This document shows positions 15,591 through 25,477 of a stretch of 64,000 bases of DNA, one piece after another (position 1 is the stretch's first letter; each line of letters begins with the position of its first letter). The position numbers and the translations under genes are program-made. The stretch comes from a virus. Lineage: Duplodnaviria; Caudoviricetes. Where the stretch lies: IMG/VR virus record IMGVR_UViG_2706796244_000001, positions 9,883 to 73,882 of that record; one strand, written 5' to 3'. The notes below the pieces were generated by a model. That model searched no databases, was not told the DNA's origin, and saw nothing but the letters and a program-made list of their open reading frames with translations.

Positions 15591-18245
15591 ATGCACCATC
15601 TGCTCTTCACCGAGCACACCTACCCAGAGTACCCCATCTGCATCCTGGCCCACAGGTTGCAGCAGGGTCCGATGGAGGATGCCTACATCAAGCCCTTGGG
15701 GCTTGATCCGGCCAACGTCATGGCGCTCACCACCCATGTGAGTGAGACCAAGAAGAAGACCCCGGCTGCTGAAATGCAGGCCTGGATCGCGGAAGAGCTC
15801 ATCCCCGTCTTGAAGGAAAACGGTGTCCAGTACATCCTGTGCACGGACGCCGCCTACTTCAAGGAGCTCACGAAGTCGCAGAACGCCCCGGCCATGCTGG
15901 GGTACGTGCTCGACTGCCACTACGACGACGATATCAAGGTGGCCTTCGCCCCGGCGCAAACCACCAAGTTCACCGATCCGGTGAACGTGCAGGCCCGCAT
16001 CGACCGTGCAGTGAATGCTCTGCTGCTCCATGCCCAGGGCCTGTACCGGCCACCTGGCGCCGATATCATCCACTACGCCGACTACCCGGACACCGACGAG
16101 GCAATCCAAGCCTGGCTGGACAAGCTCCTGGAGATGGACACCGATCTGTCCTCGGACATTGAGGCGTTCGATCTGCACCCTGTGCATGCCGGCATCGGGA
16201 CGATCACCTTCTGCTGGAACCAGCATGAGGGCATCGCCTTCGCGGTGGACTACGAAGAGATCCCTGGCGCAACCAAGGCACCGTTTGGCCGTCAGGTCAA
16301 AAACGAGAAGCGCCGGGCCATGCTGTTGGATTTCTTCCGCAAGCTCCGAGCCAAGGGGAAGAGGCTGCTCTTCCACAACATCTCGTTCGATGCCACGGTG
16401 CTGATTTATCAGCTGTTCATGAAGGACATTCTGGACACCACCGGGCTGCTCGACGGCATGGCCACGCTGCTTGCCAGCTGGCACTGCACGATGCTCATCA
16501 CGTACCTGGCCACCAACACCTGCGCCGGGAACAAGCTGGGCCTCAAGGACCAGGCTCAGGAGTACAGCGGCAACTGGGCGGTGGATGAGATCAAGGACAT
16601 TACTCGGATCCGGCTGCCGGACCTGCTCCAGTACAACCTGGTGGACGGCATCTCCGCCTGGTACGTGTTCGACAAGAACTACCCCAAGATGGTGGCCGAC
16701 GAGCAGGAAGAGGTCTACACCGGCCTGTTCCGCAAGGCTACCATCGACATCATCCAGATGCAGCTGACCGGCATGCCGATCAACATGCGCACCCTGCGAA
16801 AGAACAAGGCCAAGCTCGTGGCCCTGGAGCAGGACAGCCTCAACAGGCTGTGCAACTCGGAGATCGCCCAGGAATTCAACTACTGGCTCACCGAGAAGCA
16901 TGTGGAGAAGCGCAATGCTGCGCTGAAGAACAAGCGCATCACGATGGCCGACGAGCCCCAGTTCTTCAACCCCAACTCGGGACCGCAGCTCCAGCAGCTG
17001 CTGTTCACCCAGCTGGGGCTGCCGGTGATCAACACCACGAAGACTGGCCAACCCAGCACCGATGCTGACACCATCGAGCTGCTGGAGAAGCACCCCCTGG
17101 TGACAGGCAATCCGAAGGTCAAGGCGTTCATCGACGCCCTTCAGGATTACGCCAGCGTCAACAAGATGGTGACTTCGGTGATCCCTGCTCTGGAGAAGGC
17201 TGTGCCAGGCCCGGATGGCTGGCACTACCTGCTGGGCAATCTGCGGCTGGGCGGCACCAAGTCCGGTCGGCTGTCGAGCCAGAAGCCGAACCTGCAAAAC
17301 CTGCCGGCATCCAGCATCTATGCCAAGCTCATCAAGGAGATCTTCGAGGCCCCGCCTGGATGGATCTTCTGCGGCCTGGACTTCGCATCGCTGGAAGACC
17401 GCATCAGTGCCTTGACCACCAAGGATCCCGAGAAGCTGAAGGTGTATACCGACGGCTACGACGGCCACTGTCTGCGGGCCTATGCCTACTTCGGCGACCA
17501 GATGCCGGATATCGTGCCCACTTCGGTGAGTTCGATCAACAGCATCGCCAAGGCCTACAAGAGCCTGCGCCAGGACTCGAAGGCACCGACCTTCGCACTG
17601 ACCTACCAAGGAACGTGGTCCACGCTGGTGAAGAACTGCGGCTTCACGCCGGAGGTGGCCAAGGCCATCGAGATGCGCTACCGCAAGCTCTATGCCGTGT
17701 CCATCGCATGGGTGAACGCTCGCCTGGACGAAGCTGCCAAGACCGGCTACGTGATCACTGCCTTCGGGCTGCGGTTACGCACACCGATCCTCGCGCAGGT
17801 AGCCCGGGGCGGAAAGTACACACCGAAGGAAGCCGAGGCAGAAGGCCGCAGTGCAGGCAATGCGCTGGGCCAGGGATGGTGTCTGCTGAACAACCGGGCA
17901 TGCTCGGAGTTCATGGACAAGGTGCGGGAGTCCCAGTACCGCCTGGATATCCGCCCCTGCAACCACATCCACGATGCGCAGTATTACCTCATCCGTGAGG
18001 ACATGGACGTGCTGCATTTCGTGAACAAGCACCTGGTGGAAGCCGTAAACTGGAACGACCACCCGGATATCTATCACCCCGAAGTTGGTCTTGGGGGTGA
18101 GGTCTCGTTGTTCTTCCCCACATGGGCGAATGAGATCGAGATCCCCAATGGCGCCACCACCGAGCAGGTGGAGGAAGCCATCCGCGTCTCCATGGAGGCG
18201 ATTGAAAAAGCCAAGGCGAAAGCGGCAGAAGCCGTTCCAGTCTGA
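15591..18245 (+). CDS. DNA polymerase family A with 3'-5' exonuclease (N4 gp39-like)
   Basis: Exo motifs SDIEAF, FHNISFD and YNLVDG. Polymerase motifs A LDFASLEDR, B RQDSKAPTFALTYQG and C HIHDAQY. Confidence 0.96.
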   Translation: MHHLLFTEHTYPEYPICILAHRLQQGPMEDAYIKPLGLDPANVMALTTHVSETKKKTPAAEMQAWIAEELIPVLKENGVQYILCTDAAYFKELTKSQNAPAMLGYVLDCHYDDDIKVAFAPAQTTKFTDPVNVQARIDRAVNALLLHAQGLYRPPGADIIHYADYPDTDEAIQAWLDKLLEMDTDLSSDIEAFDLHPVHAGIGTITFCWNQHEGIAFAVDYEEIPGATKAPFGRQVKNEKRRAMLLDFFRKLRAKGKRLLFHNISFDATVLIYQLFMKDILDTTGLLDGMATLLASWHCTMLITYLATNTCAGNKLGLKDQAQEYSGNWAVDEIKDITRIRLPDLLQYNLVDGISAWYVFDKNYPKMVADEQEEVYTGLFRKATIDIIQMQLTGMPINMRTLRKNKAKLVALEQDSLNRLCNSEIAQEFNYWLTEKHVEKRNAALKNKRITMADEPQFFNPNSGPQLQQLLFTQLGLPVINTTKTGQPSTDADTIELLEKHPLVTGNPKVKAFIDALQDYASVNKMVTSVIPALEKAVPGPDGWHYLLGNLRLGGTKSGRLSSQKPNLQNLPASSIYAKLIKEIFEAPPGWIFCGLDFASLEDRISALTTKDPEKLKVYTDGYDGHCLRAYAYFGDQMPDIVPTSVSSINSIAKAYKSLRQDSKAPTFALTYQGTWSTLVKNCGFTPEVAKAIEMRYRKLYAVSIAWVNARLDEAAKTGYVITAFGLRLRTPILAQVARGGKYTPKEAEAEGRSAGNALGQGWCLLNNRACSEFMDKVRESQYRLDIRPCNHIHDAQYYLIREDMDVLHFVNKHLVEAVNWNDHPDIYHPEVGLGGEVSLFFPTWANEIEIPNGATTEQVEEAIRVSMEAIEKAKAKAAEAVPV

Positions 18246-18250
18246 ACTTC

Positions 18251-18276
18251 GGGGGCAAAGGCATGCCCCCCATTTC
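18251..18276 (+). terminator. Hairpin / weak terminator after DNA polymerase
   Basis: GGGGGCA-aaggca-TGCCCCC followed by ATTTCT. Confidence 0.5.
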
Positions 18277-18296
18277 TGAACCAAGAGGAAAACCCA

Positions 18297-18680
18297 ATGA
18301 GCGAAGCTACCCGCAACGAAGTCGTGTCCGCCGAAAAGCCCGCAGCTGTGCCCTTCCACCATCACCTGGCCGCCGTGCAGGTCATGTTCCATGCCAAGGG
18401 CTCGGCCATGCCCAGCGCCATGCCGGTCAACGTGGTGTTCACCACCACGGACGGCGTGATCAATGGCCGTGACCTGCAAGAAATCGGCATCATGGGCCAG
18501 AAGGAATTCTTCCGCGGCATCCCCCAGACCGAGCAGGCCCAGTACGAGGTCTTCCGCACTGCCATCCTGGACATTTCCTACCTGGGCCTCCAGAGCATGG
18601 AAAACTTCGCTGGCGTGACCGTGGGCGAAGCCGCTGAAGCACCGGCCGCTGCCAACGACGGCGTGGGCACCGAGGCCTGA
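18297..18680 (+). CDS. Hypothetical protein (N4 gp40 position)
   Basis: GAGGA RBS and synteny. Confidence 0.75.
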   Translation: MSEATRNEVVSAEKPAAVPFHHHLAAVQVMFHAKGSAMPSAMPVNVVFTTTDGVINGRDLQEIGIMGQKEFFRGIPQTEQAQYEVFRTAILDISYLGLQSMENFAGVTVGEAAEAPAAANDGVGTEA

Positions 18681-18682
18681 TC

Positions 18683-19543
18683 ATGGGCAGCAAGCACGCT
18701 CACTACTTCAAGGACGTTGCCGACCTTGATGAACTCGACGTGTACATGGTGTGCGAGCTGTTCGGAGTCCAGGACTCCAGCGGCGCCACCCAGCATGCGC
18801 TCAAGAAGCTGCTGCTGCCCGGTCAGCGTGGCGCTGGCAAGGGCCTGATCCAGGATCTGAAGGAAGCCAGCGACAGCATCATCCGTCGCATCGCCATCCT
18901 GGAATTCCTGGAGAAGCGCGAGGGCGCTGTGCTGTCCCAACTGGACCAGGCCGCCTATGAGGAAATGCATGCCGCTGTCGTGGCCGCACCTCTGCCGGTA
19001 GAGCCTGCTGGAGATACCGAGATCCCGGTGTTCCAGCGCGTGATGCGTAGCCGTTCGTCTGGCCAGTGCAGCCCTGAACCTCTGCAGTACGAGGGCCACG
19101 GCTACCTGTACTTCCCGCTGTATTCGCAGGAAGACCAGCAGCTGCACACTGACCAGGGCCGCATGACCGTTCCCAAGCACTGGAAGACTGGTCAGAAGAC
19201 CTTCGCCGGCATGCACCACGAAGCCATCGTGGTTGCCTACCCCAAGGGTAGCGGCGATCCTGTGCGCGGCATGGCCACCGAGATCGAGTGGGACAAGATG
19301 GGCGAGTACCGTCTGGCCACGCTGGATGAAGGTGGCTGGTGGCGCTGGGATCCCAGGCATGACAGCAAGATGCCGAGCCAGCTGGCCAAGGATGATCTGG
19401 TGCTGGTGTCCTCGAATTCCGGCGACATTGATCGCCGTGCTCGCACGGCTGACAGCTGGACCTGGTACTGCGGTGTCACCGACAGCGCCCTGACCGTCAT
19501 CAACCGCTGGCGCTACGCCAACCCCGGCCCGATTCTGGGCTAA
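18683..19543 (+). CDS. DUF3310-like N-terminal domain fused to an unknown C-terminal domain (N4 gp41 position)
   Basis: SKHAHYFKD...QHALKKLLLPGQRG.GK..IQDLKEA pattern. Confidence 0.7.
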   Translation: MGSKHAHYFKDVADLDELDVYMVCELFGVQDSSGATQHALKKLLLPGQRGAGKGLIQDLKEASDSIIRRIAILEFLEKREGAVLSQLDQAAYEEMHAAVVAAPLPVEPAGDTEIPVFQRVMRSRSSGQCSPEPLQYEGHGYLYFPLYSQEDQQLHTDQGRMTVPKHWKTGQKTFAGMHHEAIVVAYPKGSGDPVRGMATEIEWDKMGEYRLATLDEGGWWRWDPRHDSKMPSQLAKDDLVLVSSNSGDIDRRARTADSWTWYCGVTDSALTVINRWRYANPGPILG

Positions 19544-19547
19544 ACCC

Positions 19548-19586
19548 AGAAGCGTCCCTACAGAAATGTGGGGGCGCTTCTTTTTA
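19548..19586 (+). terminator. Rho-independent terminator
   Basis: AGAAGCGTCCCTAC-agaaat-GTGGGGGCGCTTCT (14 bp including G-U pairs) followed by TTTT. Confidence 0.85.
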
Positions 19587-19601
19587 CTTGGAGGCCTCAC
19601 G

Positions 19602-20549
19602 ATGGCACGACTGACAAACTCCCACGGTATTCCTCTGGCTCTGGCCCTGTGGGCCGTGGATGATGACTACGACTACAACGACGACCCCAGCTACATCAGC
19701 GCCACCTCGCTGCTGAAGCCGCTGCGCGAGATCACGCTGCGCCCCCGGGTTCCGTTCGAGCTCAAGAAGGTGGAGGACGTGGCCGACTACCTGGCCCGAG
19801 CCATGGGCAACTCCATCCACGCCGGTGTGGAGATGGCCTGGACTCACCGCTACGTCAGGAACCTGCGCAAGCTAGGCTACGACGAAGACACCATCGCCAT
19901 GGTGCAAATCAATCCGCCGAAGCCTATCCCCGGCACCATCCCGGTCTACATCGAGCAGCGCAATGTGCGCGAACTGGGCAAGTGGAAGATCGGTGGCAAG
20001 TTCGACCTCTGCATTGAAGGCGTGCTGCACGACACCAAGACCGCCAGCACCTTCAAGTACCGCAAGGGCGACACGAAGGACTACATGCTCCAGGGCTCCA
20101 TCTACCGATGGCTGCACCGCGACAAGATCACCTCCGATGTGATCCGCATCTGCTTCGTATTCACGGACTGGCAGGCCTTCCGCGCCAAGCAGGATCCCGA
20201 CTACCCGCAGACCAAGGTGCTCAGCATCGACGTGCCGCTCATGAGCATCGAAGAAACCGAGACCTGGATTCTCCAGCGGCTCAGCCTCATTGAGCAATTT
20301 TCTGGGGTGCCTGAACGGCAGCTGCCGGCCTGCACACCCGAAGAGCTCTGGGTGGAGCCCACCCAGTACAAGTATTATTCCGACCCCATGAAAACGGAAC
20401 GAGCGACCAAGGACTTCAAGACCGACAAGGCAGGCGCCTACGCCTACCTGGCCTCGAAGGGCAAGGGAATCGTGAAGGAAATCGTGGGAACCCCGAAGCG
20501 CTGCGGCTATTGCAGTGCCTTCCCAATCTGCACCCAAAGGACCACATAA
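19602..20549 (+). CDS. PD-(D/E)xK Cas4-like exonuclease (N4 gp42-like)
   Basis: ISATSL, GNSIH, GGKFD...HDTKT, Q.SIY and C-terminal C...CGYC...C cluster motifs. GGAGG RBS. Confidence 0.85.
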   Translation: MARLTNSHGIPLALALWAVDDDYDYNDDPSYISATSLLKPLREITLRPRVPFELKKVEDVADYLARAMGNSIHAGVEMAWTHRYVRNLRKLGYDEDTIAMVQINPPKPIPGTIPVYIEQRNVRELGKWKIGGKFDLCIEGVLHDTKTASTFKYRKGDTKDYMLQGSIYRWLHRDKITSDVIRICFVFTDWQAFRAKQDPDYPQTKVLSIDVPLMSIEETETWILQRLSLIEQFSGVPERQLPACTPEELWVEPTQYKYYSDPMKTERATKDFKTDKAGAYAYLASKGKGIVKEIVGTPKRCGYCSAFPICTQRTT

Positions 20550-22724
20550 ATGATCGACCTTACCGGAGTCGAGCACCATCCCATCCTCGAAGAGATCGTG
20601 GGCGTGATGTGCAAGAAGACTCAGAACACCGACCGGAAATTCTTCCGTGCGGCCACCGCCTACTTCTTCGGGAAGATGGCGGCCAACCAGCGTGCTGTGA
20701 TCTACACCAAAGACCGCGGCAACATACCAGTGAACATCTACTCGATGGCGCTGGCTGAGTCCGGCTTCGGCAAGGGTCACAGCGTCGGCATCTTCGAGAA
20801 CGAGTTCCTGGCAGGCTTCAAGAAGCGATTCTTGGAAGACACCATGCCGGTGATCGCGGACAAGAATCTGATCGCCATTGCCACCGAGCGTGCCTTGCGC
20901 AACAACTCGGACCAGGCCGAGGAATACGAGACGGTCAAGAAGGAATACAACCTGGCCGGCGCATACGCATTCACCTTCGACTCGGGCACCTCGCCTGCGG
21001 TCAAACAGATGCGGCGCAAGCTCATCCTGGCCAATTGCGGATCCATCAATCTCCAGATCGATGAGATCGGCTCCAACCTGGTCGGCGAAGAGGAAATCAT
21101 CACCCTTTTCCTGGAGCTCTATGACCAGGGCCTGGTGAAGCAGAAGCTGACGAAGAGCACCTCGGAGAATACCCGGGGTGAGGAAATCGATGGCAAGACG
21201 CCCACCAACATGCTGCTGTTCGGCACGCCCTCCAAGCTGCTGGACGGTGGCCTGGTCGAGAGTCAGTTCTACACCCTGCTGGAGACCGGCTACGCACGCC
21301 GCTGTTTCTTCGCTCTGGGTCAGCAGGACCGCAAGGCCTTCCACGAGCAGACGGCTGAAGAGATCTTCAGGGCCCTGATCGAACCCGAGAACCAGGAGAG
21401 CGTGGACAAGTGGGCCGACCACTTCCACAGCCTGGCCGATGCCACCAAGTACGGCTGGACCATGACGATGGCAGACGAGGTGGCCATCAAGCTGATCGAG
21501 TACAAGATCAACTGCGAACGGGCTGCCGACAAGCTGGCGCTGCACGACTCCATCCGCAAGGCAGAGCTCGGCCACCGCTACTTCAAGGCCCTGAAGCTGG
21601 CCGGCGCATACGCTTTCGTGGACGAGTCCAACGAGATCGAAATGTCGCACCTGCTCCAGGCGATCAAGCTGGCCGAGGAATCAGGTGAATGCTTCCAGCA
21701 GATCCTGACACGCGAGAAGGCGTACCAGAAGCTGGCACGCTACATGGCCGAGAAGGACGAAGACCTGACCCACGCTGACCTGAAGGAAGCGCTGCCGTTC
21801 TACCCGGCATCCGCTGGAGCCAGAAGGGAAATGATGGACCTGGCCACCGCCTGGGGCTACAAGCAGCAGATCGTGATCAAGAAGAAGTACATCGACGGTA
21901 TTGACTTCTATCGCGGCGAGAGCCTGAAGCCCACGGACCTGGATCAGCTGATCGTCAGCTACTCCAACCACTACGCCTACAACTACCTTAGCGAGCCGAT
22001 GGCATGGGACAACGCCCAAATGCTGTTCCAGGCTGCCGGCGAGAACTGGGTGAACCACGCCCTGGTAGGTGGCGGGAATGGCAATGGCCATCGGGCGGAA
22101 GAGAACGTGGTGTCGGGCTTCAACCTGATCGCCATCGACGTGGACGGAGGCCCTGCGCCGGAGCTCGTGAGCGATCTGCTCAAGGAGTACCGGCACATGA
22201 TCTACACGACCAAGAGCCACGACCCGGCCAACAGTGAGAACCGCTACCGGCTGATCCTGCCGACCAACTACGTGCTGCACCTGGACACGGACGACTACAA
22301 GGAGTTCATGAACGGGATCCTGGCATGGCTGCCATTCGAGACGGACGAGACTGCCAACCAGCGGGCCAAGAAATGGTCCTGCCACGCTGGCGGCGAGTTC
22401 ATCAAGCATGACGACGGCCAGCTGTTCGACGTGGTGCCCTTCATCCCGAAGACCACGAAGAACGAGCAGTTCAAGAAGGCGAATGCCGAGCTCGGAAACC
22501 TGGGCAATCTGGAACGCTGGTTCGCTACTCGCATGGTCGAGGGCAGCCGCAACAACCACATGATCAAGTTCGCGCTGGCGCTGGTCGATGGCGGCCTGTC
22601 CTTGCAAGAGGTGCAGGCACACGTCAACGACTTCAACTCCCGCATCCCGAATCCTCTGGATCAGGACGAGATCGACAAGACGGTCATGGTGACTGTGGCC
22701 AAGCGCTATACGCGCGTGGTTTAA
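20550..22724 (+). CDS. DNS protein / primase (N4 gp43-like)
   Basis: AESGFGKG P-loop, IAIDVD and YTTKSH primase-polymerase motifs, and C-terminal GSRNN (PriCT-like). Confidence 0.88.
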   Translation: MIDLTGVEHHPILEEIVGVMCKKTQNTDRKFFRAATAYFFGKMAANQRAVIYTKDRGNIPVNIYSMALAESGFGKGHSVGIFENEFLAGFKKRFLEDTMPVIADKNLIAIATERALRNNSDQAEEYETVKKEYNLAGAYAFTFDSGTSPAVKQMRRKLILANCGSINLQIDEIGSNLVGEEEIITLFLELYDQGLVKQKLTKSTSENTRGEEIDGKTPTNMLLFGTPSKLLDGGLVESQFYTLLETGYARRCFFALGQQDRKAFHEQTAEEIFRALIEPENQESVDKWADHFHSLADATKYGWTMTMADEVAIKLIEYKINCERAADKLALHDSIRKAELGHRYFKALKLAGAYAFVDESNEIEMSHLLQAIKLAEESGECFQQILTREKAYQKLARYMAEKDEDLTHADLKEALPFYPASAGARREMMDLATAWGYKQQIVIKKKYIDGIDFYRGESLKPTDLDQLIVSYSNHYAYNYLSEPMAWDNAQMLFQAAGENWVNHALVGGGNGNGHRAEENVVSGFNLIAIDVDGGPAPELVSDLLKEYRHMIYTTKSHDPANSENRYRLILPTNYVLHLDTDDYKEFMNGILAWLPFETDETANQRAKKWSCHAGGEFIKHDDGQLFDVVPFIPKTTKNEQFKKANAELGNLGNLERWFATRMVEGSRNNHMIKFALALVDGGLSLQEVQAHVNDFNSRIPNPLDQDEIDKTVMVTVAKRYTRVV

Positions 22725-22790
22725 CCCCGGCCTGGGCCTGGAGCCTTTGTTTGGTTTCAGGCCCTTTGGCCTGCTTTGAGGAAGGAAAAA

Positions 22791-23540
22791 ATGGAAGCTG
22801 ACCAATTCGATCCCGATGAGCTCAACCAGCTGGTGCTCATCTCGGGCAAATCTACAGCTGGCAAGTCGATGAGCTTGCGCAACCTGCGCGATCAAGAGCG
22901 CTGGTACAACTTCATCACCGAGGCCGGCAAGCGTCCGCCGTTCCGCAACAAGTTCAACAACGTCCGTGTGAAGGATCCCTATGAGGTGATCGATTACATG
23001 GACGAGCTGATTGCGAACCAGGCGGATGTGTCCGGGGCCATCCTGGACACGATGACCTTCTGGATGGACATGATGGAAATCATGTACGTCATGGGATCGA
23101 CCAACACGCAGCAGGCGTGGGGCGAGTACGCGATGCTGCCCAAGACGCTGCTGCAAACGAAGGTGGCCGCATTCGGCAAGCCTTTCCTCTGCCTGGCTCA
23201 CGTCAAGGACACCATCGACAAGGACATGAACCGTGTCACCGCCGTGCCCATCAAGGGTTCCATGGCGAACAACGGTGTGGAGGCCTACTTCTCCACCGTG
23301 GTGATGGCCAAGCTCATGACCATCAAGGATCTGGAAAAGTACAAGGACAACGGCCTGCTCACCTTCAGCGAAGATGAGCTGGAGCTGGGTGTCAAGCACG
23401 TCTTCCAGACCCGGCAGACGCCGGAAACCCTGGGCGAGCGCATCCGCTCTCCCTACCAGATGTTCAGCCGCGATCAGACCTACATGGACAACGATGCGCA
23501 GCTGCTGCTGGACCACATGCACGAGTTCTACAACGGCTGA
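22791..23540 (+). CDS. AAA-family (Sak4-like) ATPase (N4 gp44-like)
   Basis: GKSTAGKS Walker A and ILDT Walker B. GAGGAAGGA RBS. Confidence 0.85.
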   Translation: MEADQFDPDELNQLVLISGKSTAGKSMSLRNLRDQERWYNFITEAGKRPPFRNKFNNVRVKDPYEVIDYMDELIANQADVSGAILDTMTFWMDMMEIMYVMGSTNTQQAWGEYAMLPKTLLQTKVAAFGKPFLCLAHVKDTIDKDMNRVTAVPIKGSMANNGVEAYFSTVVMAKLMTIKDLEKYKDNGLLTFSEDELELGVKHVFQTRQTPETLGERIRSPYQMFSRDQTYMDNDAQLLLDHMHEFYNG

Positions 23541-23593
23541 CCGTTGTGACCCCGTGAGATCTTTTTCCCCTTTCACCTTTTAAGGAACATGCC

Positions 23594-24355
23594 ATGAGCA
23601 ACAATCCCTTCGCAAAATTCTCGAACGACGGCCTGGAAAAGGCCAAGGACACCCTGGGCGGTGGCGGCTTCATCAAGGACAGCGACCTGTACAAGGGCGC
23701 CATCCGTGAGTTCTACGCCACCCAGTCCGAGTCGGGCTCGATGTTCGCCCACTTCACCATCGAAATGGCCGATGGCAGCAAGTACAGCGACCGCGTGTGT
23801 GTGGCCGGCAAGAGCGGTGACAACTTCTACCTGAACAAGCAGGACAACACCAAGAAGGTGCCGCTGCCCGGCTACCTGATCGCCGAGCACATGGCGCAGA
23901 TCGCCGTGGGCAAGTCGCTGAACGAGCTGGACTTCCAGACCAAGACCATCACGCAGCGCAACTTCGACACCAAGAAGGACGAGCACGTCGATGTGCAGAT
24001 GGCCGTCGAAATGCTGGGCAAGGTCGTGGAACTGGGCGTGCTGAAGGTCCGCACCAACAAGAAGGGCCCGGCGCCGGACTACGCCCTGACGAACGAAGAA
24101 AAGTTCGAGAACGAAACCGACAAGGTGTTCCACCCCGAATACGGCATCACCGTGGTCGAGGCCGAGAACGAGATCTCCGAACCGCTGTTCCGCAAGGGCT
24201 GGCTGGAACGCAACAAGGGCCAGATCCGCGACAAGTTCAAGGAAGTCAAGGGTGCCGGCGCAGCAGGCGCTCCGCAGCGTCCCACTCCCTCGGGCGGCGC
24301 AGCTGCCGGTGGTGCCCCGGCCCGCAAGTCGCTGTTCCCCAGCAAGTCGGCTTGA
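23594..24355 (+). CDS. ssb: Single-stranded DNA-binding protein (N4 gp45-like)
   Basis: Synteny. DTLGGG, NFY.NK, LPGY and NETDKVFH motifs typical of N4-type SSB. Low-complexity C-terminal tail. Confidence 0.88.
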   Translation: MSNNPFAKFSNDGLEKAKDTLGGGGFIKDSDLYKGAIREFYATQSESGSMFAHFTIEMADGSKYSDRVCVAGKSGDNFYLNKQDNTKKVPLPGYLIAEHMAQIAVGKSLNELDFQTKTITQRNFDTKKDEHVDVQMAVEMLGKVVELGVLKVRTNKKGPAPDYALTNEEKFENETDKVFHPEYGITVVEAENEISEPLFRKGWLERNKGQIRDKFKEVKGAGAAGAPQRPTPSGGAAAGGAPARKSLFPSKSA

Positions 24356-24358
24356 TAG

Positions 24359-25477
24359 GTGGACGAGCGCTACGACATAGCGCTCCCCCTGCGCATCGAC
24401 TACGGGAAGAAGAAGGTCAGTGAATTCATCCTGAACCTGAACCACTACAGGAACGCTCACCAGCGAGTCCTGGCTGCGGCGAAGGTGGCCTACACAGAGG
24501 CCATCCTTCCCCTGGTTCAGCATCTTCCCGTGTTCAGCACTGTCCGCCTGGTCTACACGCTGTACGTCAAAAACGCGCAGCTGTGTGACACGAGCAACCC
24601 ATGCTCGATCATCGACAAGTTCTTCAGCGATGCGCTGGTGGACGCCAAGAAAATCGAGGACGACAACTACACCATCGTTGAAGGTGTTGATTACCGCTTC
24701 GGCGGCATTGACCGCGAGAACCCTCGCTGCGTTGTCTCCATCATCCCAACCGGACCCCTGAAAGAAGATCCCATGAAGATCGTGACCATTTTTGACGCGG
24801 ACGACGTTCGCGCCGCACTGCTGGCCTACGCAGGTAATGCCCTGCCGGAAGGCCACACCGCCCACCTGGATCTGCCCGACGACTTCGAGCTCCAGATGGA
24901 AATCCTGCCTGACGGCGTGGCGCCCACTGCCGGCCCCAACAAGGCGAACCCCCTGGGCCTGGCCGACAAGATCAAGACGGCTCGCAAGCCTCGTGGCCCC
25001 AACAAGGCCAAGGAAACGGCCCAGGACGCTCCGAAGCCCGATGCCGCTACCCAGACCTCGACTGGTCCTGGCGACGGAACCAGCACCCCGCTGAGCCCTT
25101 CCACGGGCCCGCAAGAAGGTGCCAAGGCCAACGAAGGTGGCAGCGAGTCCCAGGCTGACGGCCAGACCGGCGAACAGACCCCGCCGTGGGAAGGCGAAAA
25201 GCAGGAAGCTGCTGCTCCCGCTGCTCAGCCCCCGGCACCTGCACCCGAGCCGGAACCTGAGAAGGAAACCCCTGCTCAGGAACAGGCCCAGGCTGCTGCC
25301 GGCCAACGCAAGTCGCTGTTCGCCCCCAAGCCCCAGACGGCTGCTGATCCGGCTGACGACGTGCGTGACCCTCCTGGTGCAGCTGCGGCGACTGGCACTG
25401 CCCCAGCTGCGGCCAATGGTGAGGGCGCTCCCCGCAAGTCGCTGTTCTCCGGCCTCGGCAAAGTGAAGAACGACTGA
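24359..25477 (+). CDS. RusA-like Holliday junction resolvase (N4 gp46-like) fused in frame to a long Pro/Ala/Glu-rich region, with a likely internal start at 24773
   Basis: LNLNHYRN, D.SN..S..DKFF.DAL and I.DDN motifs. No stop before MKIVTIFD at 24773. Confidence 0.8.
   Translation: MDERYDIALPLRIDYGKKKVSEFILNLNHYRNAHQRVLAAAKVAYTEAILPLVQHLPVFSTVRLVYTLYVKNAQLCDTSNPCSIIDKFFSDALVDAKKIEDDNYTIVEGVDYRFGGIDRENPRCVVSIIPTGPLKEDPMKIVTIFDADDVRAALLAYAGNALPEGHTAHLDLPDDFELQMEILPDGVAPTAGPNKANPLGLADKIKTARKPRGPNKAKETAQDAPKPDAATQTSTGPGDGTSTPLSPSTGPQEGAKANEGGSESQADGQTGEQTPPWEGEKQEAAAPAAQPPAPAPEPEPEKETPAQEQAQAAAGQRKSLFAPKPQTAADPADDVRDPPGAAAATGTAPAAANGEGAPRKSLFSGLGKVKND

Noticed and set aside
19602-20549. CRISPR-Cas system suggested by the Cas4-like nuclease
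   Set aside because: No repeat-spacer array or other cas genes. This is the standard N4 gp42 replication/recombination nuclease. The 15-bp triple repeat and the 9-bp VNTR are coding repeats without spacers.
13573-23576. Long - strand ORFs opposite helicase, polymerase and primase (560, 724, 592 and 631 aa), and similar ORFs such as 48759-51938
   Set aside because: Shadow or alternate frames of real genes in GC-rich DNA, with no independent evidence.
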